From an uncultured Lachnospiraceae bacterium (GTDB taxonomy: Bacteria; Bacillota; Clostridia; Lachnospirales; Lachnospiraceae): a stretch of DNA of 64,000 nucleotides. The translations under genes and the position numbers were made by a program. Positions 1-10,741 of the stretch are shown piece after piece (the first letter of the stretch is position 1; every line of letters begins with the position of its first letter). The notes below the pieces were generated by a model that was not told the origin of the DNA, did no database searches, and saw only the letters and a program-made list of their open reading frames with translations. The stretch covers positions 22,600 to 86,599 of the forward strand of contig CALAWD010000076.1 of NCBI GenBank assembly GCA_937894905.1. The letters are read 5' to 3'.

Positions 1-411
1 AGCGGAAGCGGTGCGATCGCGATCGAAGCACTGAGCCGTGGAGCAAAGCAGGTTGTTCTTGTAGAACAGAATCGGAAAGCAGTGGATTGTATTAACCATA
101 ATCTGGAATTTACCCGATTAAAAGATAAGGCAAGGGTTATTACAGGTGATTGCGTTGCGGCAATTGACAGTCTGGAGCGGACAGGGCTTGTGTTTGATAT
201 TATATTTATGGATCCGCCATATGGGAAATTATTGGAAAAACAGGTGCTGAACCGCCTTGCGTCATCAAATATCGTCGACAAAAATACATGGATCATTGTA
301 GAGTCAGATCTGGATACAGAATATGACTATTTAGCAGATATCGGATTTGAGATTGACCGTGTGAAGAAGTATAAGACGAATAAACATACATTTATACAGG
401 AGATACTATAA
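1..411 (+). CDS. rsmD: 16S rRNA m2G966 methyltransferase (5'-truncated by window edge)
   Basis: Frame from base 1 reads [15 protein letters not shown] (SAM-binding motif) and later DIIFMDPPY; upstream of coaD. Confidence 0.92.
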   Translation, partial: SGSGAIAIEALSRGAKQVVLVEQNRKAVDCINHNLEFTRLKDKARVITGDCVAAIDSLERTGLVFDIIFMDPPYGKLLEKQVLNRLASSNIVDKNTWIIVESDLDTEYDYLADIGFEIDRVKKYKTNKHTFIQEIL

Positions 412-412
412 A

Positions 413-898
413 ATGGGTAGTGCAATTTATCCGGGAAGTTTTGACCCGGTCACATTGGGACATCTGGATGTAATCAAACGCTCTGCAGAGATGTTTGACG
501 AAGTGATCATCGGCGTTTTGAACAATACTTCAAAAACTCCATTGTTTTCTGTAGAAGAACGTGTTAATATGTTGTCTGAAGTGGTGTCAGATATACCGAA
601 CGTTCGTGTTGAGAGCTTTGGAGGTCTGTTGGTTGATTTTGCCAGAAAGAATGGAGTAAAAACAATCATCAGAGGTTTGAGAGCTGTAACAGATTTTGAA
701 TATGAATTGCAGATTGCACAGAGTAACCGGAAAGTTGCACCGGAGATTGACACCGTATTTTTGACAACCAGTATTGAATATGCATATCTGAGTTCCAGTA
801 TCGTGAAGGAGTATGCAAGATATGGTGTAGATGTTACACAGTTTGTTCCGGTAGAAGTTGTCAATCGTATAAAGGAAAAATATAACAGAACATTTTAG
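413..898 (+). CDS. coaD: Pantetheine-phosphate adenylyltransferase
   Basis: [26 protein letters not shown] and SSSIVKE motifs. Confidence 0.97.
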   Translation: MGSAIYPGSFDPVTLGHLDVIKRSAEMFDEVIIGVLNNTSKTPLFSVEERVNMLSEVVSDIPNVRVESFGGLLVDFARKNGVKTIIRGLRAVTDFEYELQIAQSNRKVAPEIDTVFLTTSIEYAYLSSSIVKEYARYGVDVTQFVPVEVVNRIKEKYNRTF

Positions 899-912
899 GA
901 GGAAAGTAAGTC

Positions 913-1638
913 ATGGCAAAAAAAGGCATTGAGGAAATGATTTCCGAGATTGAGATTTTTATAGATAATTGTAAGTATCAGCCGTTATCATCCAGCAAGA
1001 TCGTTGTTCCAAAGGATGATCTGGAGCAGATGTTAAACGAATTGAAGTTAAAGCTTCCAAATGAGATTGAGCGTTGTAAGAAGATTATGCGTAATAAAGA
1101 AGCAATCCTTGCAGATGCAAGAACAAGAGCTGATTCCATTATCACAGAATCTGTTGCAGAGGCAAATAAACTGGTAGATCAGAGCCAGATCGTTGAACTT
1201 GCAAATATCCGTGCAAATGAGATTCTGGATATGGCAAGAAGTCAGGCTGACCAGATCGTGAATGAGGCGAATGCAGATGCAAATGAGATCCGTCTTGGTT
1301 CTATGTATTATACAAAGGATAAGCTGACAGAGGTTAATAATTATATTAATGCTACATTGGAGGCTGAAAAGGCAAATTATGAGAACCTCATTCAGTCCTT
1401 ACAGTCTAATCTTGATATCGTAACAAATAATATGAATGAGATTGACGGAGATATTGCAAACATGACTGGAGCAGCGCAGCAGGCTGCAGCTCCTGAAGAA
1501 GCTCCACAGGCAGCACCAGCGGAGAAAGCAACTGCAGAGGAAGATCAGAATTATAATGTATATGGCAAGACTGAGTATTCCGATGATGAAGAAGACGATG
1601 AAGATGATGATTTTGACGATGACTTCCTGGATGACTAG
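913..1638 (+). CDS. Conserved coiled-coil hypothetical protein with acidic tail (DivIVA/ATPase-subunit-like)
   Basis: AGGAGG SD; ARTRADSII-type heptads; D/E-rich C-terminus; position after coaD. Confidence 0.7.
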   Translation: MAKKGIEEMISEIEIFIDNCKYQPLSSSKIVVPKDDLEQMLNELKLKLPNEIERCKKIMRNKEAILADARTRADSIITESVAEANKLVDQSQIVELANIRANEILDMARSQADQIVNEANADANEIRLGSMYYTKDKLTEVNNYINATLEAEKANYENLIQSLQSNLDIVTNNMNEIDGDIANMTGAAQQAAAPEEAPQAAPAEKATAEEDQNYNVYGKTEYSDDEEDDEDDDFDDDFLDD

Positions 1639-1651
1639 AAATGTCGGATGT

Positions 1652-2632
1652 TTAGCTTAAAAGCAACAGGATCATCAGATAACTGAATACAGCACAGATA
1701 CATTTACCGAATGTATAACATATGAAAGACAGTTTTGTACCTTTTAAGATATGCATGGATTGGAACAGGGAGGATACTCCGCCAAATGATGTAACAGAAA
1801 GGATCAGAGCTGTTTTTTGTATATAAGAAAGAGAGTGTACAGATAGTTCTGACAGCCCTTTTGTAATTTCCAGATAACAGGCGAGAATGCGCAGAGCAGG
1901 TATATTTTCAGCACATGTAATTACAAGATCATACAGAACAGAAAAAATGGCAACATAAATTCCTATGACAGTGATAGTCGTTATACTGTTTTCGATAACA
2001 GATGGCGTATTGCCGATATCCTGTGCTGCGGCATATTCGGACAGAGCGCCTGCAGTTTCAGAGAGAGGTGTTTGGAGATTTGATGTATCATCAGGAAAGC
2101 TGTGAACTGTTTTGGGGGTTGATTTAAAAAGTGAAATATGAAAAAAATTTTTTGATAGCAGATAGTATATGATAGCATAGCAGATCTGTGGAAGATAGAT
2201 GACCGCCAGTACAGTTATGGTATTTACCTGTCCGTTCAGATATTGGCTACAGACATATCCCATCAAAAACATAGGGCTGATATTGTTACAGAGAGGCATA
2301 ATGGCATGGGCAAAATTTTTTGATACGATGTGGTTTTTGTATAGTCTGCCTATGGCAATTGCACCTATCGGATAGCCGCAGAACAGACCGCACAGGAATA
2401 ACAGGATCAGACAGCCGGCCCGGTTTGGATGTTCCCAGTTGACCATAGACAGGAAGAAGCCAGAGATCAGAAGAAAAGGAAGTAACAGGGGAACCAGATG
2501 ATTATACCACAGTACAAGACCTTCTGCGAAACTTTTGGAAACAAAGGAAGAATTCAGGCAGAGGACGATAATCAGCAGGATGAAAGCCGGATATAAGCAG
2601 AATGAGCGGATAGATAAGACAGGATGCTTCAT
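1652..2632 (-). CDS. ylbJ: Sporulation integral membrane protein, YlbJ-like
   Basis: Multi-TM; GLVLW..LVP.LLPF, CGYPIGA, NNISPMF, LEITKG and SFGGVS motifs; sigmaE-like promoter. Confidence 0.8.
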   Translation of the reverse strand: MKHPVLSIRSFCLYPAFILLIIVLCLNSSFVSKSFAEGLVLWYNHLVPLLLPFLLISGFFLSMVNWEHPNRAGCLILLFLCGLFCGYPIGAIAIGRLYKNHIVSKNFAHAIMPLCNNISPMFLMGYVCSQYLNGQVNTITVLAVIYLPQICYAIIYYLLSKNFFHISLFKSTPKTVHSFPDDTSNLQTPLSETAGALSEYAAAQDIGNTPSVIENSITTITVIGIYVAIFSVLYDLVITCAENIPALRILACYLEITKGLSELSVHSLSYIQKTALILSVTSFGGVSSLFQSMHILKGTKLSFICYTFGKCICAVFSYLMILLLLS

Positions 2633-2663
2633 AGGGAAAACTCCATTTCATGTGTTCATCTGT

Positions 2664-2693
2664 ATTTTATGAAAAAAACATTTTTACTATGAA
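2664..2693 (-). promoter_or_regulatory. sigmaE-like promoter of ylbJ
   Basis: Minus strand TTCATA-16 nt-CATAAAAT. Confidence 0.6.
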
Positions 2694-2790
2694 TTTTAAT
2701 TTGCCAATTTGAGATCTGTATTTATAAAGATTAAGTCGATAAATTCATATGGAAAACTCAGATAAGAGAAAGCATTTTCGGATAAAACAG

Positions 2791-2819
2791 TTGAAAAAGA
2801 GAAAAAAACTGAGTATAGT
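2791..2819 (+). promoter_or_regulatory. sigmaA-type promoter of thiMED
   Basis: TTGAAA-17-TATAGT. Confidence 0.55.
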
Positions 2820-2847
2820 AAATTTGCTATTACAGGAGGTAGATAAA

Positions 2848-3669
2848 ATGATAAAAACATGTTTTGAAAATGTAAAGAAAAAAATTCCGCTGGTGCATAA
2901 TATTACAAATTATGTAACAGTAAATGATGTTGCAAATGTGCTTCTGGCATGCGGAGGAAGTCCGATCATGGCAGATGATATTGACGATGTAGAAGATATC
3001 ACCAGTATTTGTGGTGGTTTAAATATTAATATTGGAACCTTAAATAAGAATACGATCCCATCCATGTTTGCTGCCGGCAAAAAGGCAAATGAGCTGGGAC
3101 ATGCCGTGCTGCTTGATCCGGTGGGAGCAGGTGCCAGCAGACTTCGTACAGAGACAGCATTAAGGCTTTTAAATGAAATAAAATTTGATGTGATCCGTGG
3201 AAATATATCTGAGATCAAGACGCTTGCATTTGGCTCCGGCAGTACAAAGGGCGTGGATGCAGATGTAGCTGATGCAGTTACAGAAGAAACACTCGATCAG
3301 GCAGTTATTTTTGTGAAAAAGCTTGCCGGTAAACTCGGATGTATTATCGCTGTTACAGGAGCAATCGATCTGGTAGCAGATGCGGATAGCTGTTATGTGA
3401 TCCGAAACGGAAGACCGGAGATGGGGAAGATCACAGGAACCGGATGCCAGTTGTCCGGTCTTATGACAGCTTATCTGACAGCGAATCCCGATAATAAACT
3501 GGAAGCAGCAGCAACAGCTGTTATGCTGATGGGAACTGCCGGAGAAGTCGGATATGCGAATATGGAACCGACAGATGGTAATTCTACTTATAGAAACCGT
3601 ATTATTGACGCAATCTATAATATGGATGCAGATAAGCTTTGCAGTATGGCGAAGTATGAGATCAGATAA
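2848..3669 (+). CDS. thiM: Hydroxyethylthiazole kinase
   Basis: PLVHNITNYVTVNDVAN, LDPVGAGAS and ITGTGC motifs; start moved to ATG 2848 after AGGAGG. Confidence 0.95.
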   Translation: MIKTCFENVKKKIPLVHNITNYVTVNDVANVLLACGGSPIMADDIDDVEDITSICGGLNINIGTLNKNTIPSMFAAGKKANELGHAVLLDPVGAGASRLRTETALRLLNEIKFDVIRGNISEIKTLAFGSGSTKGVDADVADAVTEETLDQAVIFVKKLAGKLGCIIAVTGAIDLVADADSCYVIRNGRPEMGKITGTGCQLSGLMTAYLTANPDNKLEAAATAVMLMGTAGEVGYANMEPTDGNSTYRNRIIDAIYNMDADKLCSMAKYEIR

Positions 3670-3678
3670 GGAGTGGAC

Positions 3679-4338
3679 ATGGATATGAGCAAGCAGACTA
3701 ATACAAACCCGGAGGAGCTTTTGTTATATGCAGTAACAGACAGACACTGGTTAAACGGAGCACCCCTGATCAGTCAGGTAGAGGCAGCGTTAAAGGGTGG
3801 AGCAACCTTTATCCAGCTTCGTGAAAAAAATCTGGATGATGAAAGTTTTTATAAAGAAGCACTTGAAATACAGAAATTATGCAGAGAATATAAGGTTCCG
3901 TTTGTCATCAATGATAATGTAGAGCTTGCAAAGAAGATCGGAGCAGATGGCGTTCATGTAGGACAGTCCGATATGGAAGCGTTGGATGTCAGAAAAGTGC
4001 TTGGTGATGATAAGATCATAGGTGTATCGGCACAGACAGTGGAACAGGCAGAACTGGCTGAAAAGCATGGCGCAGATTACCTGGGCGTAGGAGCAGTATT
4101 TCCAACCGGTTCCAAGGATGATGCAACAGAAGTCAGCTTTGAGACTTTGAAAGCAATCTGTGAGCATGTACAGATTCCGGTTATTGCGATCGGTGGTATA
4201 ACCAGAGATAATGTTGTGGAATTGAGCGGAAGCGGTATCTGCGGTATCGCAGTTATCAGTGCAATCTTTGGTCAGGCAGATATTAAGTCAGCGACAGAAG
4301 ATCTGAAAAAGCAGACAAAGAAGATGTTAGGAGAATAA
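3679..4338 (+). CDS. thiE: Thiamine-phosphate synthase
   Basis: LYAVTDR, IQLREK, INDN, GVHVGQSD and AIGGI motifs; start 3679 or 3685. Confidence 0.95.
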   Translation: MDMSKQTNTNPEELLLYAVTDRHWLNGAPLISQVEAALKGGATFIQLREKNLDDESFYKEALEIQKLCREYKVPFVINDNVELAKKIGADGVHVGQSDMEALDVRKVLGDDKIIGVSAQTVEQAELAEKHGADYLGVGAVFPTGSKDDATEVSFETLKAICEHVQIPVIAIGGITRDNVVELSGSGICGIAVISAIFGQADIKSATEDLKKQTKKMLGE

Positions 4339-5792
4339 TGATGATAAAAGGTGCGATCTTTGATATAGACGGAACACTGATTGATTCCATGGAAATGTGG
4401 GAGCATGCGGCAGAACGATATCTGGCAGGAATGGGTATCGAGGCAGAATCACATCTCCAGAAAAAGCTGTATACTTTTACGATTACAGAATCTGCGGAAT
4501 ACCTTAAGAAAAATTATGGATTATCAAAATCGGTTCCGGAAATCATAGATGGGATCAATGAAACCATTGGTGCATTTTACAGAAATGAAGCGGAACCCAA
4601 ACCGGGGATCATAGAGTTCTTATCAGCCTTAGAGGAGCGGCAGATCCCAATGACAGTAGCGACCGCGACAGACAGGGTTCATATCGAAGCCGTACTGAAG
4701 CATAATCATATGGATCACTTCTTTAAGAAGATACTGACCTGTTCCGAGGTAGGAATCGGAAAAGAACATCCGGATATCTATATTCAGGCAGCGGAGTGTA
4801 TGCAGACAGACATTGCTGATACATGGGTATTTGAGGACGCTTATCATGGTGCAAAGACAGCATTTGATGCAGGTTTTAAAGTGTGCGGCATCTATGATAC
4901 TACGAGTGCGGAACATGTAAATGAGTTGAAAAAATACAGCACAGTGTATGTTGATGATACGAAGAAATTGAAAGAGGTTTTCTTTCATCCTATGAACACG
5001 GTTCTTACAATAGCCGGAAGCGATTCCGGTGGCGGTGCAGGAATCCAGGCAGATATAAAGACCATTATGGCAAATGGCTGTTATGCCATGAGTGCGATCA
5101 CGGCATTAACTGCGCAGAATACAATGGGAGTAACAGGGATTCAGGAAACAACGCCGGAGATGCTCGCTTTACAGCTTGATGCAGTATTTACGGATATCCG
5201 GCCGGACGCGGTTAAGATCGGTATGGTTGCTTCAGAGAAGCTGATCTGTGTGATCGCAGACAAATTAAAGGAATATCAGGCAGAACATGTAGTTGTGGAT
5301 ACCGTTATGGTGTCAACAAGCGGGCACCGGCTGATCGACGAAAATGCGATCGGAGCTTTAAAAGAATGTCTGCTTCCGATCGCGGAGGTCATTACTCCGA
5401 ATATCCCAGAAGCAGAGGTATTGGCCGGTATGATGATCCGTGATGAACAAGATATGGTTCGTGCGGCCGAAATGATATCGAAAGAGTATGGCTGTGCAGT
5501 GCTCTGTAAGGGTGGCCACAACATCAACGATGCAAATGATGTCTTATATGCAGATGGAAAAGTAAACTGGTATTATGGGAAACGGATCGATAATCCGAAT
5601 ACCCATGGAACCGGATGCACTCTATCAAGTGCTATCGCGTCAAATCTGGCAAAAGGGTATAGGATCGATGAAGCAATAAAGAACGCAAAAGACTATATAT
5701 CCGGTGCACTTGCAGATGGTATGGATCTCGGACATGGAAGCGGGCCTATGAATCATGGGTTTGATCTGAAAAGCAGATTTACAGAATCATAA
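4338..5792 (+). CDS. thiD: HAD phosphatase fused to HMP/HMP-P kinase
   Basis: N-terminal FDIDGTL...K.HPDIY...VFED (HAD); from ~4992 VLTIAGSDSGGGAGIQAD...THGTGC (ThiD). Confidence 0.92.
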   Translation: MMIKGAIFDIDGTLIDSMEMWEHAAERYLAGMGIEAESHLQKKLYTFTITESAEYLKKNYGLSKSVPEIIDGINETIGAFYRNEAEPKPGIIEFLSALEERQIPMTVATATDRVHIEAVLKHNHMDHFFKKILTCSEVGIGKEHPDIYIQAAECMQTDIADTWVFEDAYHGAKTAFDAGFKVCGIYDTTSAEHVNELKKYSTVYVDDTKKLKEVFFHPMNTVLTIAGSDSGGGAGIQADIKTIMANGCYAMSAITALTAQNTMGVTGIQETTPEMLALQLDAVFTDIRPDAVKIGMVASEKLICVIADKLKEYQAEHVVVDTVMVSTSGHRLIDENAIGALKECLLPIAEVITPNIPEAEVLAGMMIRDEQDMVRAAEMISKEYGCAVLCKGGHNINDANDVLYADGKVNWYYGKRIDNPNTHGTGCTLSSAIASNLAKGYRIDEAIKNAKDYISGALADGMDLGHGSGPMNHGFDLKSRFTES

Positions 5793-5800
5793 AAAAGTGG

Positions 5801-5829
5801 TTGCGAATCTCAAATGACTATGTTATTAT
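5801..5829 (+). promoter_or_regulatory. sigmaA promoter of secG
   Basis: TTGCGA-17-TATTAT with extended TG. Confidence 0.55.
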
Positions 5830-5888
5830 GGACAAAGTTGGTGAAAAAGAGCATTTGACACCAGAACACTTGGAATGGAGGTGGCAAT

Positions 5889-6131
5889 ATGGTAAAGACA
5901 ATTATCATGGTCGTATATGTAATTATATGTATAGCATTAACAATTATTGTCCTGTCACAGGAAGGTAAATCAGCCAGTCTGACAAGTTCAATTACCGGCG
6001 GTAATTATGATAATTCATACTGGAGCAAGAATAAAGGAAGTTCAAAAGATGCAGTTCTCAGAAAGATAACAACTGTGCTTGGTATTCTTTTTATACTTAT
6101 TGCATTGCTTCTTGATTCTAAACTGTTCTAG
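5889..6131 (+). CDS. secG: Preprotein translocase subunit SecG
   Basis: Two TM helices, LSQEGKS..L...I.GG; secG-rnr-smpB synteny. Confidence 0.9.
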   Translation: MVKTIIMVVYVIICIALTIIVLSQEGKSASLTSSITGGNYDNSYWSKNKGSSKDAVLRKITTVLGILFILIALLLDSKLF

Positions 6132-6150
6132 TTCATATACAGAATTTATC

Positions 6151-6188
6151 AGTGCTTACATATATATCCATATATGTAAGCACTTTTT
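6151..6188 (+). terminator. Intrinsic terminator-like hairpin after secG
   Basis: AGTGCTTACATATA / TATATGTAAGCACT perfect 14-bp stem plus T run. Confidence 0.7.
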
Positions 6189-6208
6189 AGATATACGGAG
6201 AGGTATTT

Positions 6209-8395
6209 ATGACAGAAGAATTAAAGAATGAAAGAAAAGAGAATATATATACCCTGATCAATGACGATGATTACAGACCGTTAAAATTTAAAGAACTGTG
6301 TTATCTGCTTCAGATCGGAGGACGGGATAAAGATGATCTGTTAGAGATCTTAAATGAACTTGTCGATGAAGGAAGGATTGAGAAGACATCAAAAGGCAAG
6401 TATCAGAAACTTGGAAAAGGTGTGCTTGTCGGTACATTTATCAGCAATCAGCGTGGGTTTGGATTTGTCCGTGTAGAAGGATATAAGGAAGATTTCTTTG
6501 TGCCTCAGAAGTATACGATGGGGGCATTCCACAATGATAAGGTGCTGATCCGTGTATCATCTGGCAACCGGGGCAGATCAACAGAAGCACATGTAGAACG
6601 GATTCTGGAACGTGGGTTAAAGCAATTGGTTGGAACCTATCAGAAGAACCGAAACTTCGGTTTTGTAATCCCGGATAATGGCAAGCTGGACAGTGATATC
6701 TTTATTCCGGAGAAGAAATCCATGGGAGCAGTAACCGGACATAAGGTTGTTGTGGAGATCACAAATTATGGAGAAAAGTCAAAATCTGCAGAGGGACGTG
6801 TGGTTGAGATTCTCGGACATATCAATGATCCTGAGACCGATGTATTATCGGTTGTAAGAGATCTTGATATTCCGGTTGATTTCCCGGATGCTGTTATGGC
6901 AGAGGTGAAGAATATACCGGATGAGGTAACAACCAAAGATATGGCTGGAAGAACTGACCTCAGACATTTGCAGACCGTTACGATCGATGGGGAGGATGCA
7001 AAGGATCTGGATGATGCGATCACACTCTATGAGGAAAACGGGCTTTACAAACTGGGAGTGCATATCGCAGATGTCACACATTATGTAAGGGAGAATTCTC
7101 CACTTGATAAAGAAGCGTTGAAGCGAGGAACAAGCTGTTATCTGATCGACAAGGTTATACCGATGCTTCCGCATAAGCTGTCAAATGGTATCTGTTCACT
7201 GAATGAGGGAAAAGACCGCCTGACACTTAGCTGTCTGATGGATATAGATGCAAACGGCAAGATCATCAATCATAAGATCTGTGAATCCGTGATCAATGTA
7301 GACCGTAGAATGTCATATACAAGTGTATCGGCAATCGTAGAGGATCATGATCCGGAAGAAATGGAAAAATATAAAGAACTGGTTCCGATGTTTGAATTAA
7401 TGCTTCATGTATCGGAGTTATTGAGAACGATCCGTCATGACAGGGGATCGATCGATTTTGATTTTGACGAGTCAAAGATTACGGTTGATGAAGACGGTCA
7501 GGTATCCTATATCGGAGTGTATGAGAGAAGACGTTCGAATCAGATCATTGAAGATTTTATGCTGGCGGCAAATGAGACGATCGCAGAAGATTATTTCTGG
7601 CAACAGATCCCGTTTGAGTATCGTATCCATGAAGCTCCGGATCCGGAACGGGTAAAACAGTTATCCATTCTGATCAGTAAGTTTGGATATTATTTTAAGG
7701 CATCCAAAGAGAACATTCATCCAAAGGAATTCCAGAAGTTATTGTCAAAGATCGAGGGTGAACCATGTGAGAATCTGATCAGCCGTATGACACTTCGGAC
7801 GATGCGGCAGGCGAGATATTCAACAGAATGTGAAGGACATTTTGGTTTGTCCTGTAAATATTACTGTCATTTTACATCGCCGATCCGGAGATATCCGGAT
7901 CTTCAGATCCACAGGATCATTAAGGACAATATTCATGGAAGATTGGATGACAGAAGACTTTCGCATTATGATGCGATCCTTCCAAAGGTAAGTGATGATA
8001 ATTCCAGAAAAGAACGCCGGGCGGAAGAAGCAGAACGTCAGGTGGAGCGCTTAAAGAAAGTGGAATATATGGAACATCATATCGGAGAAGAATTTGAAGG
8101 TATCATATCGGGTGTTATCAACCGTGGTATCTTTGTAGAACTTCCGAATACTGTAGAAGGATTTGTAGATGTGTCGACACTTTATGACGATTTTTATGTG
8201 TATTCGCAGGATGAATATGCTATGATCGGAGAATCAACCGGAAAGAAATACTCGATCGGTGATACTGTTAAGGTAAAGGTTAAGCTGGCAGACAAACAGA
8301 GCAGACGGATCGAATTCGTGATCCGGTCAGATGCCAAAGAAGGAGATGAAGCAGGACATGGCAAAGGAAAGAGGAAACAAACTCATTGCAAATAA
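6209..8395 (+). CDS. rnr: Ribonuclease R
   Basis: [25 protein letters not shown] motifs; cold-shock and S1 domains. Confidence 0.97.
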   Translation: MTEELKNERKENIYTLINDDDYRPLKFKELCYLLQIGGRDKDDLLEILNELVDEGRIEKTSKGKYQKLGKGVLVGTFISNQRGFGFVRVEGYKEDFFVPQKYTMGAFHNDKVLIRVSSGNRGRSTEAHVERILERGLKQLVGTYQKNRNFGFVIPDNGKLDSDIFIPEKKSMGAVTGHKVVVEITNYGEKSKSAEGRVVEILGHINDPETDVLSVVRDLDIPVDFPDAVMAEVKNIPDEVTTKDMAGRTDLRHLQTVTIDGEDAKDLDDAITLYEENGLYKLGVHIADVTHYVRENSPLDKEALKRGTSCYLIDKVIPMLPHKLSNGICSLNEGKDRLTLSCLMDIDANGKIINHKICESVINVDRRMSYTSVSAIVEDHDPEEMEKYKELVPMFELMLHVSELLRTIRHDRGSIDFDFDESKITVDEDGQVSYIGVYERRRSNQIIEDFMLAANETIAEDYFWQQIPFEYRIHEAPDPERVKQLSILISKFGYYFKASKENIHPKEFQKLLSKIEGEPCENLISRMTLRTMRQARYSTECEGHFGLSCKYYCHFTSPIRRYPDLQIHRIIKDNIHGRLDDRRLSHYDAILPKVSDDNSRKERRAEEAERQVERLKKVEYMEHHIGEEFEGIISGVINRGIFVELPNTVEGFVDVSTLYDDFYVYSQDEYAMIGESTGKKYSIGDTVKVKVKLADKQSRRIEFVIRSDAKEGDEAGHGKGKRKQTHCK

Positions 8396-8825
8396 TAAAA
8401 AGGCATATTTTGATTATTTCATAGAAGAAAAGTATGAAGCAGGAATTGCACTGGCTGGAACTGAGGTAAAATCAGTCAGACAGGGACACTGCAGCATCAA
8501 AGAATCCTTTATCAGTATCGATAAAGGAGAAATCTACATTTACCGTATGAATATCAGCCCGTATGAAAAGGGTAATATATTCAATAAAGATCCGCTTCGT
8601 ACCAGAAAACTGCTGCTTCACAAATATGAGATCAATAAACTGATGGGAGCTCAGCAGGTAAAGGGATATACGATCGTTCCTTTAAAGGTCTATATCCGTG
8701 ACGGTCTGGTCAAGATGGAGATCGGACTGGCAAAGGGTAAGAAATTATACGACAAACGTCAGGACATCGCCAAGAAGGATGTTAAGCGTGAGAATGAGCG
8801 AGAGTTCAAGATCCGTAATTTGTAA
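8358..8825 (+). CDS. smpB: SsrA-binding protein
   Basis: [30 protein letters not shown]; start ATG 8358 overlaps rnr 3' end. Confidence 0.97.
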   Translation: MAKERGNKLIANNKKAYFDYFIEEKYEAGIALAGTEVKSVRQGHCSIKESFISIDKGEIYIYRMNISPYEKGNIFNKDPLRTRKLLLHKYEINKLMGAQQVKGYTIVPLKVYIRDGLVKMEIGLAKGKKLYDKRQDIAKKDVKRENEREFKIRNL

Positions 8826-8915
8826 GCATAAAGTTTTAAAGATTTTGTGAAATGCTGGAATATTTCATGCAGATGTGATATACTCCAATAAGATTTTTAC
8901 TGGGAGGTCAGGCAA

Positions 8916-9293
8916 GTGAGCCAGAGTAAAGTAGATAAAAGAAAATATGAGAAAAAGAACCGCGCAGCGATCATGAAGCGCGAAAAGAGAAAGAAGATCC
9001 TTGGATGGTGCATATTTGGCGTGTTAGTTGGATGTATTCTTGCAGCTACACTGGGCGTAAAGATATACAAAGCGATTCCAAAGTATGTAGAAGCTGAGAA
9101 GCTTGGTGCATATGTCAGCCAGACATGGGCAGAACAGGGATATGGAAGCTATTTTGCAAATAGCAGTACAGCTACAGCATCCGATGCAGAAGATACTGAC
9201 AGTGATACTTCTGAAGATACAGCTTCTGAAGCGGATAATTCATCTGAAACGACAACTACAGCAGAGACTGACACAACAGAAGCTGCTGAGTAA
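8916..9293 (+). CDS. Hypothetical single-TM protein with S/T/D/E-rich tail
   Basis: GGAGG SD plus GTG start; basic N-terminus, TM helix, low-complexity C-terminus. Confidence 0.75.
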   Translation: MSQSKVDKRKYEKKNRAAIMKREKRKKILGWCIFGVLVGCILAATLGVKIYKAIPKYVEAEKLGAYVSQTWAEQGYGSYFANSSTATASDAEDTDSDTSEDTASEADNSSETTTTAETDTTEAAE

Positions 9294-9337
9294 TATATAA
9301 GAAAGCGCCTGACAACAGAGCTTTCCTTTATAAACCA

Positions 9338-9681
9338 GGGGTTGACTGGTTTCGACAGGGGTTTTGCAGTCATGGAAGCCATCCGTGGACTAAGACCACG
9401 TTAAAACTTAGATTAAATATAAACGCTAACGATAATTTAGCTTACGCTGCCTAATTAAAGGCAGCTGCCAGCTTTAAGGTTCCCCGTACCTTTTAGATCT
9501 GGTATCATCCAACGGGAAACTCCGGTGCTTAAGCTTTGCGGTATCGGAAAATTCATGAAGCTACTGATGTATCCAGCCTGTCCGTAGGCGTGGTACTGAG
9601 GAAATGTTAAAATACGGAATGTGATGGGAGATGCCGTGATGAATGAGCTTTTGGACGTGGGTTCGAATCCCACCAGCTCCA
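9338..9681 (+). ncRNA. ssrA: tmRNA; tag peptide ANDNLAYAA (9425-9454)
   Basis: 5' GGGGTTGACTGGTTTCGAC, 3' GTGGGTTCGAATCCCACCAGCTCCA; G3-U acceptor pair; resume ORF ending YAA-stop. Confidence 0.97.
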
Positions 9682-9832
9682 TTTTTAGAAAGCCTCAAAA
9701 ATGGCTTATTTACTAGGTTTTCTAAACTTGAGAGTTTTAAGAAATTGGGTGAAACAACCCAATTTAAACCATTGTAACCCACTTTAGATTAGAAAAAGTG
9801 GGTTACAAAAATTAATAGATGCTTATATTTAC

Positions 9833-9870
9833 AATAGAAAGGTAGTAGAAGTGCTTCCTTTCTATTTTTT
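9833..9870 (+). terminator. Intrinsic terminator-like hairpin downstream of ssrA
   Basis: AATAGAAAGG...CCTTTCTATT followed by T run. Confidence 0.55.
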
Positions 9871-9973
9871 GTGTTATGGTGTCAGGTATAAATAAAATTA
9901 TGTTTATTTGTATCTGACATTGGTTATTTATGGTATACTATATTCAACTGATGAAAAAAGGGAGGTAGTTTCT

Positions 9974-10741
9974 GTGAAAAAATCAGACATATCTGAACCT
10001 AATGATGCATTGCTTTGTTTTAAGTTGAGAAAAACTTTGAGCGATGAATTTATAATGCAATATAAGAATGGTATTTATGGTTATATTCAAAGAAGAATGA
10101 CATACAGTTCAAATCATATAGAGGGAAGTACATTAACAGAAGATCAGACAGGCTTAATCTTTGATACAAAGACTTTAGATGCAAATGGTTCTGTTGTACG
10201 GATGAAGGATGTAGAAGAGGCACAAGGTCATTTTTTGGCTTTTAATCATCTGATTAAAACTATAGATGATGCATTGACGGAAGATATTATAAAAGCATTT
10301 CACTATTGTTTAAAGGCTGGTGTTTTTGAAGATCGTTTAAACGGGTATGCTATTGGTGAATATAAAAAGAGAGCCAATATAGCTGGAGATACAGAAACGA
10401 CACTTCCTAAAGAAGTACCAATTATGATGAAAAATCTTTTAGAGGAATATTCCAAAGACGAAGTTAATTTAAGGACGTTGGCTATTTTTCATGCAAAATT
10501 TGAGAAAATTCATCCATTTCAGGATGGAAATGGAAGAGTAGGAAGATTGATTCTGTTTCGTGAAGCATTACACAATGATATATGTCCATTTATCATTAGT
10601 GATACAGCAAGAATAGAGTATATAAATGCAATAAAAATGGCACAAGGTGGAGATGAAACACAGCTCCTTACTTTATTTCAGAGGGAACAGGACAAATTTA
10701 GAGATAAGTTATCTTATTTCTTTGATAATGATTTAGAATAG
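9974..10741 (+). CDS. Fic-domain protein (class II-like)
   Basis: HPFQDGNGRVGR Fic motif; N-terminal SNHIEG inhibitory motif; GGGAGG SD before GTG 9974. Confidence 0.92.
   Translation: MKKSDISEPNDALLCFKLRKTLSDEFIMQYKNGIYGYIQRRMTYSSNHIEGSTLTEDQTGLIFDTKTLDANGSVVRMKDVEEAQGHFLAFNHLIKTIDDALTEDIIKAFHYCLKAGVFEDRLNGYAIGEYKKRANIAGDTETTLPKEVPIMMKNLLEEYSKDEVNLRTLAIFHAKFEKIHPFQDGNGRVGRLILFREALHNDICPFIISDTARIEYINAIKMAQGGDETQLLTLFQREQDKFRDKLSYFFDNDLE

Noticed and set aside
9678..9684. Missing encoded CCA in tmRNA and tRNA-Ser
   Set aside because: Common in Firmicutes, where CCA is added enzymatically
9455..9782. Two minus-strand ORFs (MELVGFEPTS...)
   Set aside because: They are antisense translations of the tmRNA
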